Below, in pieces: positions 11,726 through 24,430 of a DNA stretch of 64,000 nucleotides. Source of the stretch: the human T2T-CHM13v2.0 reference genome, Homo sapiens; the NCBI RefSeq assembly GCF_009914755.1, contig NC_060927.1. One strand, 5' to 3'. A model generated the notes under the pieces. It was given only the letters and a program-made list of their open reading frames with translations, was not told the origin of the DNA and did not search any database. The translations under genes and the position numbers were made by a program. The number at the start of each line of letters is the position of its first letter. Position 1 is the first letter of the stretch.

Positions 11726-14700
11726 TGAAACAAAGACATTTAAGACAAAGCTGAAAAAATGTATTAGCATTAGACACTTAGAGTAAAAGAAAACCATGAA
11801 AGGAAGTTTTTCAGGCAGAAAGAATGTGAAACCAAAGAGAAACTTTGTGCTACACAAAGAAATAAAGATATCTGAAAATCATTAAAATTAAAGTTCATAT
11901 AGAAAATATTCTTATTATAAATTAATTTAAAAGATAATTGAATGTCTAAAAGAGTAGTAATGTATTGTGTCTTTATAGTACAGGAGAAAGTAAAATATAT
12001 AACAACATGGCATGAAAGGTCGGGGGAAAGAATAGTGAGTATACTGCTTTTAGATTATTATACTACTTATGTGGGTGGTATAATATTATTTGAAGGTAGA
12101 TTTTGATTAATTAAAGTGATGTATTGCATACACATAGAACACCACCAAAAAATAAACAATGTATAAATAATAAACCACATATGAAGATAAAATGAAAAAA
12201 ATTTATATTAATCCAAAGTCAGGCAGGAAAACAGGAAAAAGTGAACAAAAGACAGATGGAATAGATAGAAAAAAAGCACCTAGCAAGATGATAGCTTTTA
12301 ACCTTGTGTATCAATATATTTATTAGAGATAAATGATATAAACACACCAAATGAAAGACAGATTGTCAGGTTGAATGCAAAAGCAAAATCTAACTATACA
12401 TTTTTGAGAATACTTTCAATATAAAGACAGATTAATTAGAATTAAAAGAATGAAGAAAGATATATGATGCAAACACTAATAAAAAAAGCTGAGGTGGTTA
12501 TCAAAATAGACTTCAGAACAAGGAATATTACCAGAAATAAAGAGAGACATTGCAAATTAATAAAGATCACTACAGACCAAATGAACTTAATAAAGGTATA
12601 CAGGACTTTTCATTTAACAGCTAAAAATACACAATTTTTACAAGTGCAAAAGAACATACTTTAGGATAGCTCCTGTATTAGGTCAAAAAACAAGCCTTAA
12701 CAAATTTAAAAAGTTTAATCATATCAAGTGTCTTTTAAAACCACAATGTAATGAAACAAGTAATTAATAAAAAGAAAATTCAAAACTTCACAAATATGTG
12801 GAAACAAGAACCACCACTGAACCAAAAAGGATATCAAGAGAGAATTTAAAAAAAATATTTTAAAAACAAACTAGCCCAAAGTCAAAAGAATGAAGGAAAT
12901 AATAAAGATCAAGGACAAACTAATAAAATAGAGACTAGAAAAACAATATAAAATATCAGCAAAAGAGTTTATTTTCTGAAAAGATAAATGAAATCAACAT
13001 AACTTTAGCTAATCTAAGACACAAATAGAGAAGACTCAAATTTAAAAAAATGAGAAATGAAAGAAGAGACAATTCAACTGATACCGCAGAGAAAAGGATC
13101 ACAACAGACTATGACCAATTATTTGTTAACACATCGGATAATTGAAAATAAATGGATAAATTTCTAAAAAATGTACAACTTGCCAAGACTAAATCATGAA
13201 TAAATTAAAGCAATAATGAATTAAAGATTAAATCAGTAAAACAATCCCATAAAAGTAAAACACAGGGCCTGATGATTTCACTGCTGAATTATGCCAAAAA
13301 TTTAAATAAGAATGAATATCAATTTTTCTCAACTCTTTCAAACAATTGAGGAGAAAGGACCAACCCTTCAAAATACATTATACAAGTTCTGTGTCACTCT
13401 GATTCTGAAGCCAGACAAGCACACTGCAGGAAAAAGAAAATACAGGCCAATATCCTTTATGAAATTGCAAAATAGATGCAAAAATCCTCAACAAAATGCA
13501 AGCAAACAAAATTCAGCAGCACAATATAAAGATCATTCACCATGACCAAGTGGGAGTTAGCCATATGATGCAAGGATGCTTCAAAATATGTAAATCAAAT
13601 AATATGATATACCATATTAACAGAATAAAAGGAAAAATCATATAATCATCTCAGTAGATGCAGAACAAGTATTTGATAAAATTTAACATTCTTTCATGAA
13701 ATTCCTTTCAAAAAACTGGAGGTAGAAGGAATGCACCACAACACAATAAAATCCATATATAAAAAGCACACAGATAACATCACACAAACTGAAAGTTTTT
13801 AACCTAAAATGAGGAACAAGACAAGAATGCCTATTCTCACCAATTCCACTCAATATATTACTGGAAGTCCTAGCCAGAACAATTAGACAAGAAAATAAAA
13901 TAAAAGGCATCCACATTAGGAAGAAAGAAGTTAAATGGTTTCTCTCTGCAGATGACATAATCTTATATATACAAAAACCCCAAAATTTTTACCCCAAAAC
14001 TGCTAGAAATTATTTTAAAATTCAGTAAAATTGCAGGATACAAAATCAGCATACAAAAGGCAATTTAATTTCTTTCTATGAACAATAATCTATAAGAAAA
14101 AGAAATCAAGAAAACAATTATTTTATGACAGCAACAAAAAAAGAATAAAATACTTAGAAATAAATTGATTAAATAAATTAAATTTTGATAGCAACAAAAA
14201 AATAAAATACTTAGAAATAAATTTAATAAGAGGAAAAAATTTGTACACTGAAAACTATAAATATTGCTGAAATAAATTGAAAACAGAAATAAATGGAAAG
14301 ACAACTCATTTTCATGTATTGAAAGAACAATTATTGTGAAAATGCCTATACTATCCAAAGTGATCTACAGATTTCATGCAATTCTTGTCATAATTTCAAT
14401 GATATTTATGAAGAAAGAGAAAAAAAATCCTAAAATTTGATTTGAACCCAAAATGACCACAAATAGCCAAAGCAATCTTGAGCAAAAACAGAGTCATAGG
14501 CATCACACTACCTGATTTCAAAATCTACTACGAGGCTAAAATAAAATGGCATTTATCTGTTGTACTGTCATAAAAACAGGCACATAGGCCAGAACTGAGA
14601 AGTTAGAAATAAATTTGCAAATTTTTGACAAAGGGCAAAGCACACACATACACACACACAATGGAAAAACGATAGTCTCTTCAATCAATGTTGTTTGGAA

Positions 14701-16029
14701 AGCTGTATATCCACATGCAGAAAAATACAATTAGACCCTCATCTCACACCACATACAAAAATCAACTCAAAGGGGATTAAAAATTTAAATATGAGACCTG
14801 GGATTAAAGATTTAAATGTAAGACCTGAAGTGGTAAAACTACTGGAAGAAAACATAGGGGGAAAGGTCATGACATTGGTCTGGGCAGTGATTTTTTTGGA
14901 TATGACTCCCAAATCATAGCCAACAAAAGTGAAAACAGACAAGTGGGATTACATCAAACTAAAAAGCTCTTGCGCAGCACAGGAAATAATCAAGAGTGAA
15001 GAGACAACCTAAAATGGGAGAAAATATTTGCAGAGCATACATCTGATAAGGGGTAATATCCAAAATATATAAGAAAGTCAAACAATTCAATAACAAGAAA
15101 ACACATAACCTGATTTTAAAAATGGGCAAAGGGCTTGAACAGACATTTCTCAAAAGACATGCAAATGGCCAACAACTACGTAAAAACAAGGCTCAACATT
15201 ACTAATCATTAGAGAAATGCAAGTTAAACCAGAAGGAGATACCGTCTCATGCCTGTTAGAATGGCTATTATCAAAAAGATGAAAGATAACAAACACTGGT
15301 AAAAATGTGAGAAAATGGAAGCTTTGTATACTGTTGCTGGGAATGTAAATTAGTAAAGCTATCATGGAAAACCGTATGCATACACCTAAAAAAAACTACA
15401 AACAGAACTACCATGTGACCCAGTAATCTCACTACTGGGTATACATTCAAAGGATATAGAATCATATGTTAAAGAGACATTAGCATTTCTATGTTAATTG
15501 CAGCATTACTCACAACTGCCAAGATATGCAATCAACTTAAGCACTCATCAACAGATAAATAGAGAAACTGTGGCATATATACACAATGGAATATTATTCT
15601 GTCTCAAAAAAAGGAAATCCTGTAATTTTGGCAACATGGGTAAACCTGTAGGGTATTATATTAAGTGAAATAAGCCAGAGACAGAACAACAAATATCACA
15701 TGTTCTCACTTACATGTGGAATCTGAAAAAGTTGAATGAAAAAATGCAGAGAGTAAAATAGTGGTTACTGGAGGCTGGAGATAAGGAGATTGGAGAGATA
15801 CTGGTTAAAGAATACCAAATTTCAGTTGGACAGGAGGAATAAATTCAAGAGATCAATTATACATTGCAATGATTATAGTTAGTAACAATATATTATATAC
15901 TTGAAAATTCCTCAGAAAGTAGATTTTAAGTGTTCTCATCACAAAAAAAAATGCTATGTGGGGTAATGTATATGTTAATTAGATTAATTTAGCCATTTTA
16001 CAATGTATACATATATCAAAACATCACAT
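11726..16029 (+). mobile_element. L1 mosaic: old L1M ORF1 end and ORF2 start, then L1MA-type ORF2 and 3'UTR truncated before the poly-A
   Basis: ORF2-like peptides (KPDK..RPIS.M, QLDPHLTPHTKINSK.IK.LN.RP); L1MA-type 3'UTR (gtagattttaagtgttctcatcac..aatgtatacatatatcaaaacatca). Confidence 0.9.
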
Positions 16030-16365
16030 GAAAGCAAAAGGTTGGGAGCCACAGAGCTGATGGTATAGACCTCACTCCTAGTCTGAGGGCCTGAGAATGA
16101 GGCGCATAAAGGGCAGTGGAAGAACAATATCTCTGCTCAGTCAGTCAGGAAGAAAGCAAATTCAAATTCAATCTTCCTCTGCCTTTTAGTTCCATCTGAA
16201 CCCAAAACAGATTGGATAATTCCCACCCTCATTGGGGAGTGCCATCTGCTTTATTCAGACCACTAATTCAAATGTTAATATCTATTGGAAACACCTTCAA
16301 GACACCCAGAGATAATGTTTAACCAGATATCTGGGAATCCCTTGGCCAAGTCAAGGTGACACAGA
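16030..16365 (-). mobile_element. Partial MLT2-family (ERV-L) LTR
   Basis: Ends ggccaagtcaaggtgacaca, the reverse complement of the MLT2 5' motif TGTGTCAACTTGACTGGGCC; adjoins HERV-L internal sequence. Confidence 0.75.
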
Positions 16366-19300
16366 GAGATCCATTACTTGTCTCCGTATTGTCAACTTGG
16401 CATCCACGTGCATCTTCTTAAACCACAGTAAATGACTGAATAAATACAAAAATGTCATAATTCTGACTAGCATAATGAAACTATCCTGCATAAAACTCAC
16501 TGAACGCCTCCAGAAGAGGACATTTAGTCTTTAGGTATTATTTGCTCTCCTTGAACTCTGGAAAGTGAAATTGCCAGATGTAAAATTAGCAGTACTTAAA
16601 AACCATGATATAAAAATATATTTTATGTTACATGATAAAGGACTATGAGAGGAAAGAAAACAAAGATATTTTCTATGTATGTAGAAGTGTATACAAACAT
16701 ATATTAATAACAAAAAGGAGGAAATGCTCCTGACAATTATAGTCTTCATTTATTGTTATTCTTGACAAAACTGGGTTAGTATTAGCCTTACCTGGATTAG
16801 GTTGTTGAAGTTTCTTAATGACCTTAATCACAAGAACTGATAATACTGAGAGATCCCTTAAGGGAGCTTCTGTATTACAGACATACTCTTCTTTACCTCT
16901 GCTGTGGAGTAGTAGCCCAATTTCTCCTTGGTTGTCAGTATCAATCACTCCAATCAGCAGTCATTTGTTTATTTGCCTGTTGATTCAGAGGAATAAAGAG
17001 ACCAAAGTGGCCTGGTGGCAGTCTTAACTTCCAGCTCAATGGAATCACCATTATATCTCCTAGTATAAATATTCTCCTTTTGGAGCTAAGATTTTTAGGA
17101 GAGAAGAGGATAAGAGTGCAGTAACAAGAAGCAAAATTTTCTAGTGGGTCACTAGAGGTGGTGAATGGTCTCACTCCCATTTCCACCATTTCCATTTCTG
17201 GACCTGTAAATCCAGCTCACAAGAGAAGTAGCAACGTATATTGAATGTGAATCCAGATAATATATGGCATTCTGCAGAACATTGCTCAGCCCTGCAAATT
17301 TTTACCACCTAATTGGTGCTGTAAATGAGTCCTCAAAAAGTCATTTCACTATTCTATTCTACTGGCTGTTTCTGGATGGTGGGGAACATAGTAACATCGT
17401 AAGACCAGTGATTTCCATGAACTTGGTCCCATTGCTCCAATTCATTTGCTGTGAAGTGAGCTCCTTAATCATGAGGTATGTTGTGTGGAGTACCATGACA
17501 GTCAAGAAGAAATTTGGTAGGTCCACGGATGGTAGCTTTGACAGAAGCATTGTGCATAGAGAAGACATTTCTGTATCCAGATTGAGTATCTATTCTATTA
17601 GGAAAAAAACACTGCTTCTTTCATGATAGAAACTGTCCAATGTAATCAACTTGACATCTAGTTTAATGATTACAGATTGAGGACTCAGTGTTGGCTTCTT
17701 TTTCTGGTTGATTGAGCACCTCACAGTGGCCCTAGACAGGTTGGCTTTGGTAATTGGAAATCCATATAGCTAAGCCCAAGCAAACCTCCATCCCTATCAC
17801 TAGAGCCACTTGAGACTAACTGGTATCATAGAATGGGTCATTCTATCCTCTTGATTATTAAAATCCTCAGGAGAATTTTAATAATCAAGAGGATACACTG
17901 GTGAACATCCACATGAGCTACAAACACTGTCTTTAGTCCACTTGTGCTGCTATAGCAGAATACCACAAAGACAGTAATTTACAGGAAACAAAAATGTACT
18001 TTTTCAGAGTTCTGGAGGGTAGGAGGTCAAAGACCAAGATGTCAAGATGTCATCAGAATGGATTTTCTGGTGAGGACTGCGATCTGCTTCCGAAATAGAT
18101 CCTTCTTGTTGCATCCTCTGGAGGTGGAGAAACACTGCATCCTTATGTGGTCGAAGGTGGAAGGGCGAGCAAACTGAAGACTCTTTTACAAGGTCCTTAA
18201 TACCATTGAAAATGGAAGCATCCCTGATGACCTAATTGCCTCTTAAATTTACAACATTTAGGAGGTAATTTAAAAGGTACCATCACATCGGTTGTTAAGT
18301 TTCAATACCTTAATTTTGGAGGTAAAACAAACATTAGCATACTGCTCACGGCCTCCCAAAATTCATGTCCTTTTCATATGCAGAACACATTAAATTCTAT
18401 CTCAATAGCCCAAAAAGTTTTAGCTCATTTTAACATTAACTCAAAAGTCTAAAGTCTCATCAAGATATCAACTAAATCAGGTATGAGTAAGAACTAAAGG
18501 TATGTTTCATTCTGAGGTAAATTACTTTCTAGCTATAAACTTGTGAAATCAAACAAGTTACATGCTTTCAAAATACATGATGGGCCAAGCACAGAACAAA
18601 TATTTAAATTCCAAAAGAGAGAAAAGAAGGAATAACAGGTCTCAAGTAAGTCCAAAATCCAACAGTGCAAACAACATTAAATCTTAAGGCTTCAGTATAC
18701 CCTTGATGCCATGTCCCACTTTCCAAATACACCGTGTTAGGGTTGCATCAATAAGGCTCCTGGTTCCTTGCTTCTCTGTCTTTGTTGAGTGCATCCTACA
18801 CTGCAGCTCCGATGGATTGCAGTCCAGTGCCTGTAGTTCTCCAGGATGCCACTGTAGCTAGTAGCTATACAGGTCTGAGGTCTTCTGGCAACTCTGTTTC
18901 CACAGATCTACTGAAAATTGCCCCACTTGGGAGTCTCTGTGGTGGCTCTGACCCTGTGACAGGTCTCTGCTTGGGTGTTGAGATTATCTAAGGCATCCTC
19001 CAAAACCTAGGTGGAGAAATCCATGTGTCCGTTCTGCAGGCTTGTGAATTAGCATCACATGGATGTCACCAAGGCTTACCAATTCTGCACTCTGGGGCAG
19101 TAGCTTGAGCTGCAGGTGGGCCCAACCTGAGACACAACTCAGCTGGCAAAGGAGTTCTGTGTCATAATGCAGAGAGCACAGACTTGAGGTGGCCCTGGGC
19201 AGTGAGTCCCAAGTTCCCCTCAAGGTCCTGGCACTCTGGGACTGTAATACACATGGCAGGCTTGAAGATATCTGAAATACCTTTGGAGTCATTTTCCCAT

Positions 19301-20885
19301 TGTCTTGATGAATAGCACTTGGTTTTCTTCTTTTTATATTAATATCGTGATCAAATGGTTACTTGGCCACACCATTGACTTTCTTTTTGAAACGTACTTT
19401 ATTATTCTTTACCTGGCCAGGCTGAAAATTTTCCAAATCTTTACATTCTCCTTCGTTTTTGATTACAAACCTCATCTTTCAATAGCTCCTCTCTCCTTAC
19501 ATTTACTATAAGCCATTAAGAGAAGCCATGCAGCAACCCTCAACACTTTGCTGCTTATATTTTTATAAGCAAATATTTTTATAATATTTTTCTGCCAAAT
19601 ATTATAATTCATTGCACTTAAGATTTGCCTTCCACAAAGTCCTAAGACACAGACACAATTCAGCCAAGTACTTTGCCACTTTATATCAAGGAGAGTGTTT
19701 CCTCTAATTTCCAATAACAGAGTCCTCATTTCCTTCTAAGACATCATCAGAATATTTTTTATCATCTGTATTTCTACCTACATTCTGTTCATGACCACTC
19801 TAGTAATCTCTAAGAAGAACGAGGCTTTCCCTAACGCTCTTCTCTTCTGAATCCTAACCAGACTTGTCCTTAATGCTTCATTCCTGAAAAATACAGGCTT
19901 TTTCCATCATTCACTTCAAAACTGCTGTAGCCTCCACTCATTACCTCTTTCCAAGACACTTCCACACTTTAGGTATTTGTTATAGGGACACTCCACTTCT
20001 TGGTACCTATTTCTGTCTTGACCTATTTGTGCTGCTATAACAGAATGCCAGAGACTAAATATTTATAAATGATGAAAATTTATTTTATTATAGCTCTAGG
20101 AGCTGGTATTTTCAAGATCCAGATGCTGACAGGTTTGGATGTCTCATAGGGGTCCCGTCCCTGCTTCTAAGATGGTGCCTTGATGTCTCGTAGGGGTCCC
20201 ATCCCTACTTCTAAGATGGTGCCTTGAAAGCTCTTCTGGAGGAGAGGAACACTGGGTTCTCATGTGGTGAAAGACAGAAGAGCAAGGAAACTGAAGGCTG
20301 TGTGAAACCTTTTTTATAAGGGCTTTAGCCCATCAACAAGGAAAGAAGCCCTTATGACCTAAGCACCTACTAAAAGCCCCACCTCTTAATACTGTCACAC
20401 GGGCCATTGTTTCAACACCTGAATTTTGGAGGGGAAACATTCAAACCATAGCAGATATCTACATAATTTATACCCAGTTAGAGACATCTCTCCAAGCACC
20501 TTCTCTCAAATATCCTTTTCACCAGTATTCTAATTATGCTCCTTCCAAGTCCCTGATCATCCAGCCTAACCATTAGTCATAGCCTATAAATTGATACATA
20601 ATCACACATTTATTTATTTCTCCTTTTAAGCAAATTGGACAACCAAGTACATCAGTTAAAATTTTTCTAACTGGGAGGATTTCCCTTCACCATGGTCCTT
20701 CCAAAATGTCCCAGAAAGGAGCAGTAGTGCTGCAGCCACCCGCCTGAATATGGTGCACAACCATTTGTATCCAGGTCTGAGTCTTCTCTTCCACTGTCAA
20801 TCGATTATAAGAAACTCCCTATGAAGCTATTGCTGAAGGCTTGCAGAGATAAGGCAGTGTAGCAGAAGTAGGGACATTAATAATT
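16366..20885 (-). mobile_element. HERV-L internal remnant (RNase H, integrase, dUTPase), split by a nested MaLR
   Basis: Minus-strand ORFs 16941..17195 (IPLSWKLRLPPGHFGL) and 16673..16948 (IDTDNQGEIGLLLHSRGKEEYV) match ERV-L dUTPase motifs; pol-like sequence at 17200-17927 and 20454-20885. Confidence 0.85.
17928..20453 (-). mobile_element. Two-LTR MaLR element (MSTC/MLT1A-like LTRs plus about 1.7 kb internal)
   Basis: Direct LTRs at 17928-18339 and 20014-20453, both opening tgtctt..tgtgctgctata.cagaat and closing ..tagca, around MST-int-like sequence. Confidence 0.85.
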
Positions 20886-20891
20886 TACCTT

Positions 20892-21278
20892 TGCGTTAGT
20901 CCGTTAGTCTGTTCTTGCATTACTATAAAGAAATATCAGAGACTGGGTAATTTATAATGAAAAGAGGTTTAATGGACTCACAGTTGCACAGTCTGTACAG
21001 GAAGCATGGTTGAGGGGGCCTCAGGAAACTTACAATCATGGGGGAAGCTGAAGGGGAAGCATGTATGTTGTACATGTCCAGAGAAGGAGGAAGAGAGAGA
21101 AGGGAGGAGGTGTTACACACTTTTAAACAACCAGATCTTGTGAGAACTCACTATCATGAGAACCGAAAGGGGAAGTCCACCCCTATGATCCAATCACCAC
21201 TCACCTGGACCCTCTCCAACATTGGGGATTGGAATTCAACATGAAATTTGGGTAGAGCAGCAAATCCAAACCATATCA
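20892..21278 (-). mobile_element. MSTA-like MaLR solo LTR
   Basis: ttagtctgttcttgcatt.ctataaagaaata..gcctcaggaaacttacaatcatgg..atccaaaccatatca. Confidence 0.85.
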
Positions 21279-21714
21279 CCATCCATAATCCAAGTGCAGG
21301 CAATTTTATTTCTTTAATAAATACTTTTGCTGTCAAGAAAGGTACATGTCACTATTTAAATATGAAATATAAATATTACAAGTAGGTAAATTAGGTTTTC
21401 TTTTTTGAATGGATGCTCCTTAACATGTTATTCTGTTAATGCTCTAAAGAAAATTCTGAACATGCTATCACCATTTTCAAAATCGTTCAATAATAGTTCA
21501 TTGGTTTTCCTGTAAGTTGGGGTAAAGAACATATCTTTGAACTACCCGACAAGGTCCCACCCATGCTGGCCTCCCTGAACACACTTGGTCCTTCCTGATT
21601 CTCTCTTTGCATACCAGCCACATTTATTATTTGTTGTTTCTTCAATGATCAAGGCTTTCTGATAATCTAGGTCTTCCCACCATGAAGACCTGTTGGATGC
21701 AAATGTCCACAGGC

Positions 21715-21832
21715 ACTGCTTTGTTAAAAATAAAGGCTCTTGAGAGACCCACCCCAGAATTACTGAAACAGAATCTGCGTTTTGACAACATCACTAGGAA
21801 AATCATAGGCATTATAGTTTGAGAAGCACAGA
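21715..21832. mobile_element. MER5-like DNA transposon fragment (paralogs at about 38420-38530 and 57705-57815)
   Basis: cccaccccagaattactgaaacagaatctgc..tttgacaa..agtttgagaagcac motif. Confidence 0.6.
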
Positions 21833-22199
21833 CCTAGGACACCTCCCACTGCAAGCCACTCCCTGGCTTTGTTTTACATTTGCTTTTTGTCTTCTTCCTA
21901 GTAAAATTTCCCATTGGATTTTAGCTTATAATGGGGGATCTAAATATATGTCTAAAATTTGCATGTCTGAAATTTGCATGGGAAGGACAATTGTATTTGA
22001 GGTTGCTCCCAAAGAGGATCTAGAACTTTGGCTTTATTAAAATTATGTTTTGGTTACTTCAAATAAGACTATACTAATTAAAGCACTAACAGTAAATTTT
22101 ACATATAAACTAAAGTTTGAACAAATATGCCAGAAGTGTCATCCATGGTGGTAAATAGTAACATAAAGTGTTATTTCAATTGTTAAAACTAGAAGTGTC

Positions 22200-22585
22200 T
22201 ACCATGAAATGATGTTTGTGATTCCAGAAGTTTGTAATGCCCTTGGGGACAACCTGAACTTACACTTGTGCAAATGCACAATGCCCATTAGAACAGCTTC
22301 AATTTGTCCTACAGGGAGTCCTCTGACACTGTTATGAGAATTTCAGTTTTTCATTCCTTTCTCTTCTGGCAAAAGACCCTAGTGGCACAACTGGGTCATT
22401 TATGTGCTCAAAGCATATTTAATAAACAACATTTTTCTATGCTTGGAAAAAGAAACCTTCAAAAAGAATGAATATGCCATGAATGGCTACCTGTATTATT
22501 GACATTGCTGTGCTACTGTATGTATTTTTGTTTAGAAAGCACAACGTGTTTAAAGGATATCCACAATTTCCTTCAATATATGGGT
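22200..22585 (+). promoter_or_regulatory. Putative OR5H1 promoter and non-coding first exon with splice donor
   Basis: O/E(EBF)-like GCCCTTGGGGA at 22239-22249, homeodomain CCATTA nearby, second O/E-like CCTACAGGGA; donor TGG|GTAAGG (GT 22584-22585) retained in all three units. No transcript evidence. Confidence 0.5.
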
Positions 22586-24384
22586 AAGGAAGAAATAACT
22601 TCTCTAATTTTTATTATAATTTATAGAAATGTTGATAATGCCATTTAATTCATTAAAATTTTAGATTGGGTAACAAGTTGTCATAATAGAAAGTCAGAAA
22701 CTGGATGACTCTGACTGGACTATTTTTATATTTTAGTTTTATGACTCTAATATGGATAAAGAGTTATAAGACTGAATTTTTCCTTTAATATTTTGCTATT
22801 TTGTTAATCTTATTATGATGAGTTTATATAAATTAGGGCATTAAACAACTAAAACTTGGTTTAAAGATTCAGATAATAATGATTCTTAGAATTATTTCTT
22901 GGAATTATTCTGATATAAATACCCATTCCTCTGAATCAACCACATTCTCCAATTAAAACTTTTAAGGTGAGTCACTTACATATTAACTCCTGTATCCTTA
23001 CACTCATGTTTGACAATAATTTGAGAGCTCACACTGTAAATTTTGTTGATGTGAATAAAGGTTGCATTAAGTAAAGTCCTGGTATTTTGGCTTTGGCTGC
23101 CTTGAAACCAATATCTTTTGTCCCTCTCTCCATATTCCAAATGTAGGATCAGTGTATTTAATTGGCCATCCTAGATCATGTCCCTTCACTTTAGATGTAA
23201 GAAAAATGGGAAAATGAGTTTCTAGTTCTTTTGGCAGTATGTTACCTCTGACAGCCACTATGATTTCGATGGCAAAAAAGGAGATCACACCTTGGCCATT
23301 TACAGGACATATGTCCACCTTGTTACCTCCTTAATATAACTTGCTCAAGTTGATTTTCTTGCCATTCCTTTTGGTTCTGTTTTACACTCCAAGGATGCAT
23401 CATCTTTAACTATGCCTTTGACTGCCTTTGACTACCACAATGAATCCAAGCAATCATTTCTATTGAGCTCTAATAGGCTCATATTACTGATTGGAACACA
23501 TCTAGTTGTCCAGATGATGCTCACTCCAAAAACTTGTCAGCACACCTGAGTTCTCAATGTTTAATATCCATCTTCCCAGTCACCAAGGGACTCCTCTCTC
23601 CTTCACTGACCACTTACTGCCTACAAAATATGTCACAGAATACTAGAGACTCTACATTCTGAATTCTTTAGAATCTATTTCTTTGTCTTACTGTCTCTTT
23701 CAATGTCATATCACACCAAGACCATACATTTAACATGCATTTGAATCCCCCGGAGGGTATTTTCAAAATGCAGATCCCCAGACCTAATTCCTTAAATAAC
23801 TTCTACATTAAAACCTCATAACATATTTTTCATAAAAACTCACTCAGATAATTTTTATGTGTAATGTGATTTGGGATTGCCTGGGCCTTACTAACAAGTT
23901 TCTAATTAATATCCCTGAGTACAGTTTCTTCTTCTTGCAGCATATTTTCTACACTATCAAAAACTAAATTAAAAAAAATTAGGATGTAATTTCCCATCTT
24001 AAAATTTTTGGCACATGCTTATTGTATGAAGAATAAAGTTTAAGATACTTCACATGGCATTTATTTTATTTATTTTTAATTCAGACCGTACAAAAATCTT
24101 TCCTGTTGACATTGTATCATATGCCAGTCAAACAATTTTTCTACTGCACTCAATAGTGTCCATATAAATGTTGTGCATACAGAGAATGCCTCTTGTTTTA
24201 CCTAAATCTGCTAATTACTGCACAGTTTCAAACCAAAATATATCATTTTTTCATGTCTTTATTGCAACAAATAGAGATTCATCAGCTATAGGACTGATCA
24301 AAAAATTGAGAGGGTTCTGATCATTTTAGGTTTTCCTTCAGCACCTCTTCCCCAATTTCAACTGATAATGCCATTGCAAATGTT

Positions 24385-24412
24385 CCCTTTCATTTGTTGC
24401 ATTTTATTTTAG
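24385..24412 (+). promoter_or_regulatory. Splice acceptor of the OR5H1 coding exon (paralogous AGs at 41099-41100 and 60413-60414)
   Basis: Pyrimidine-rich tract tttcatttgttgcattttattttAG ending 18 nt before the ATG, identical in the three genes. Confidence 0.8.
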
Positions 24413-24430
24413 AGGGCATGCTGTGAGGAC

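Noticed and set aside
17264-17626. Plus-strand ORFs repeated in both duplicates (17264/52641) and minus-strand pairs (18984/54412, 19472/54926)
   Set aside because: Antisense or decayed frames of HERV-L and MaLR sequence, repeated only by segmental duplication.
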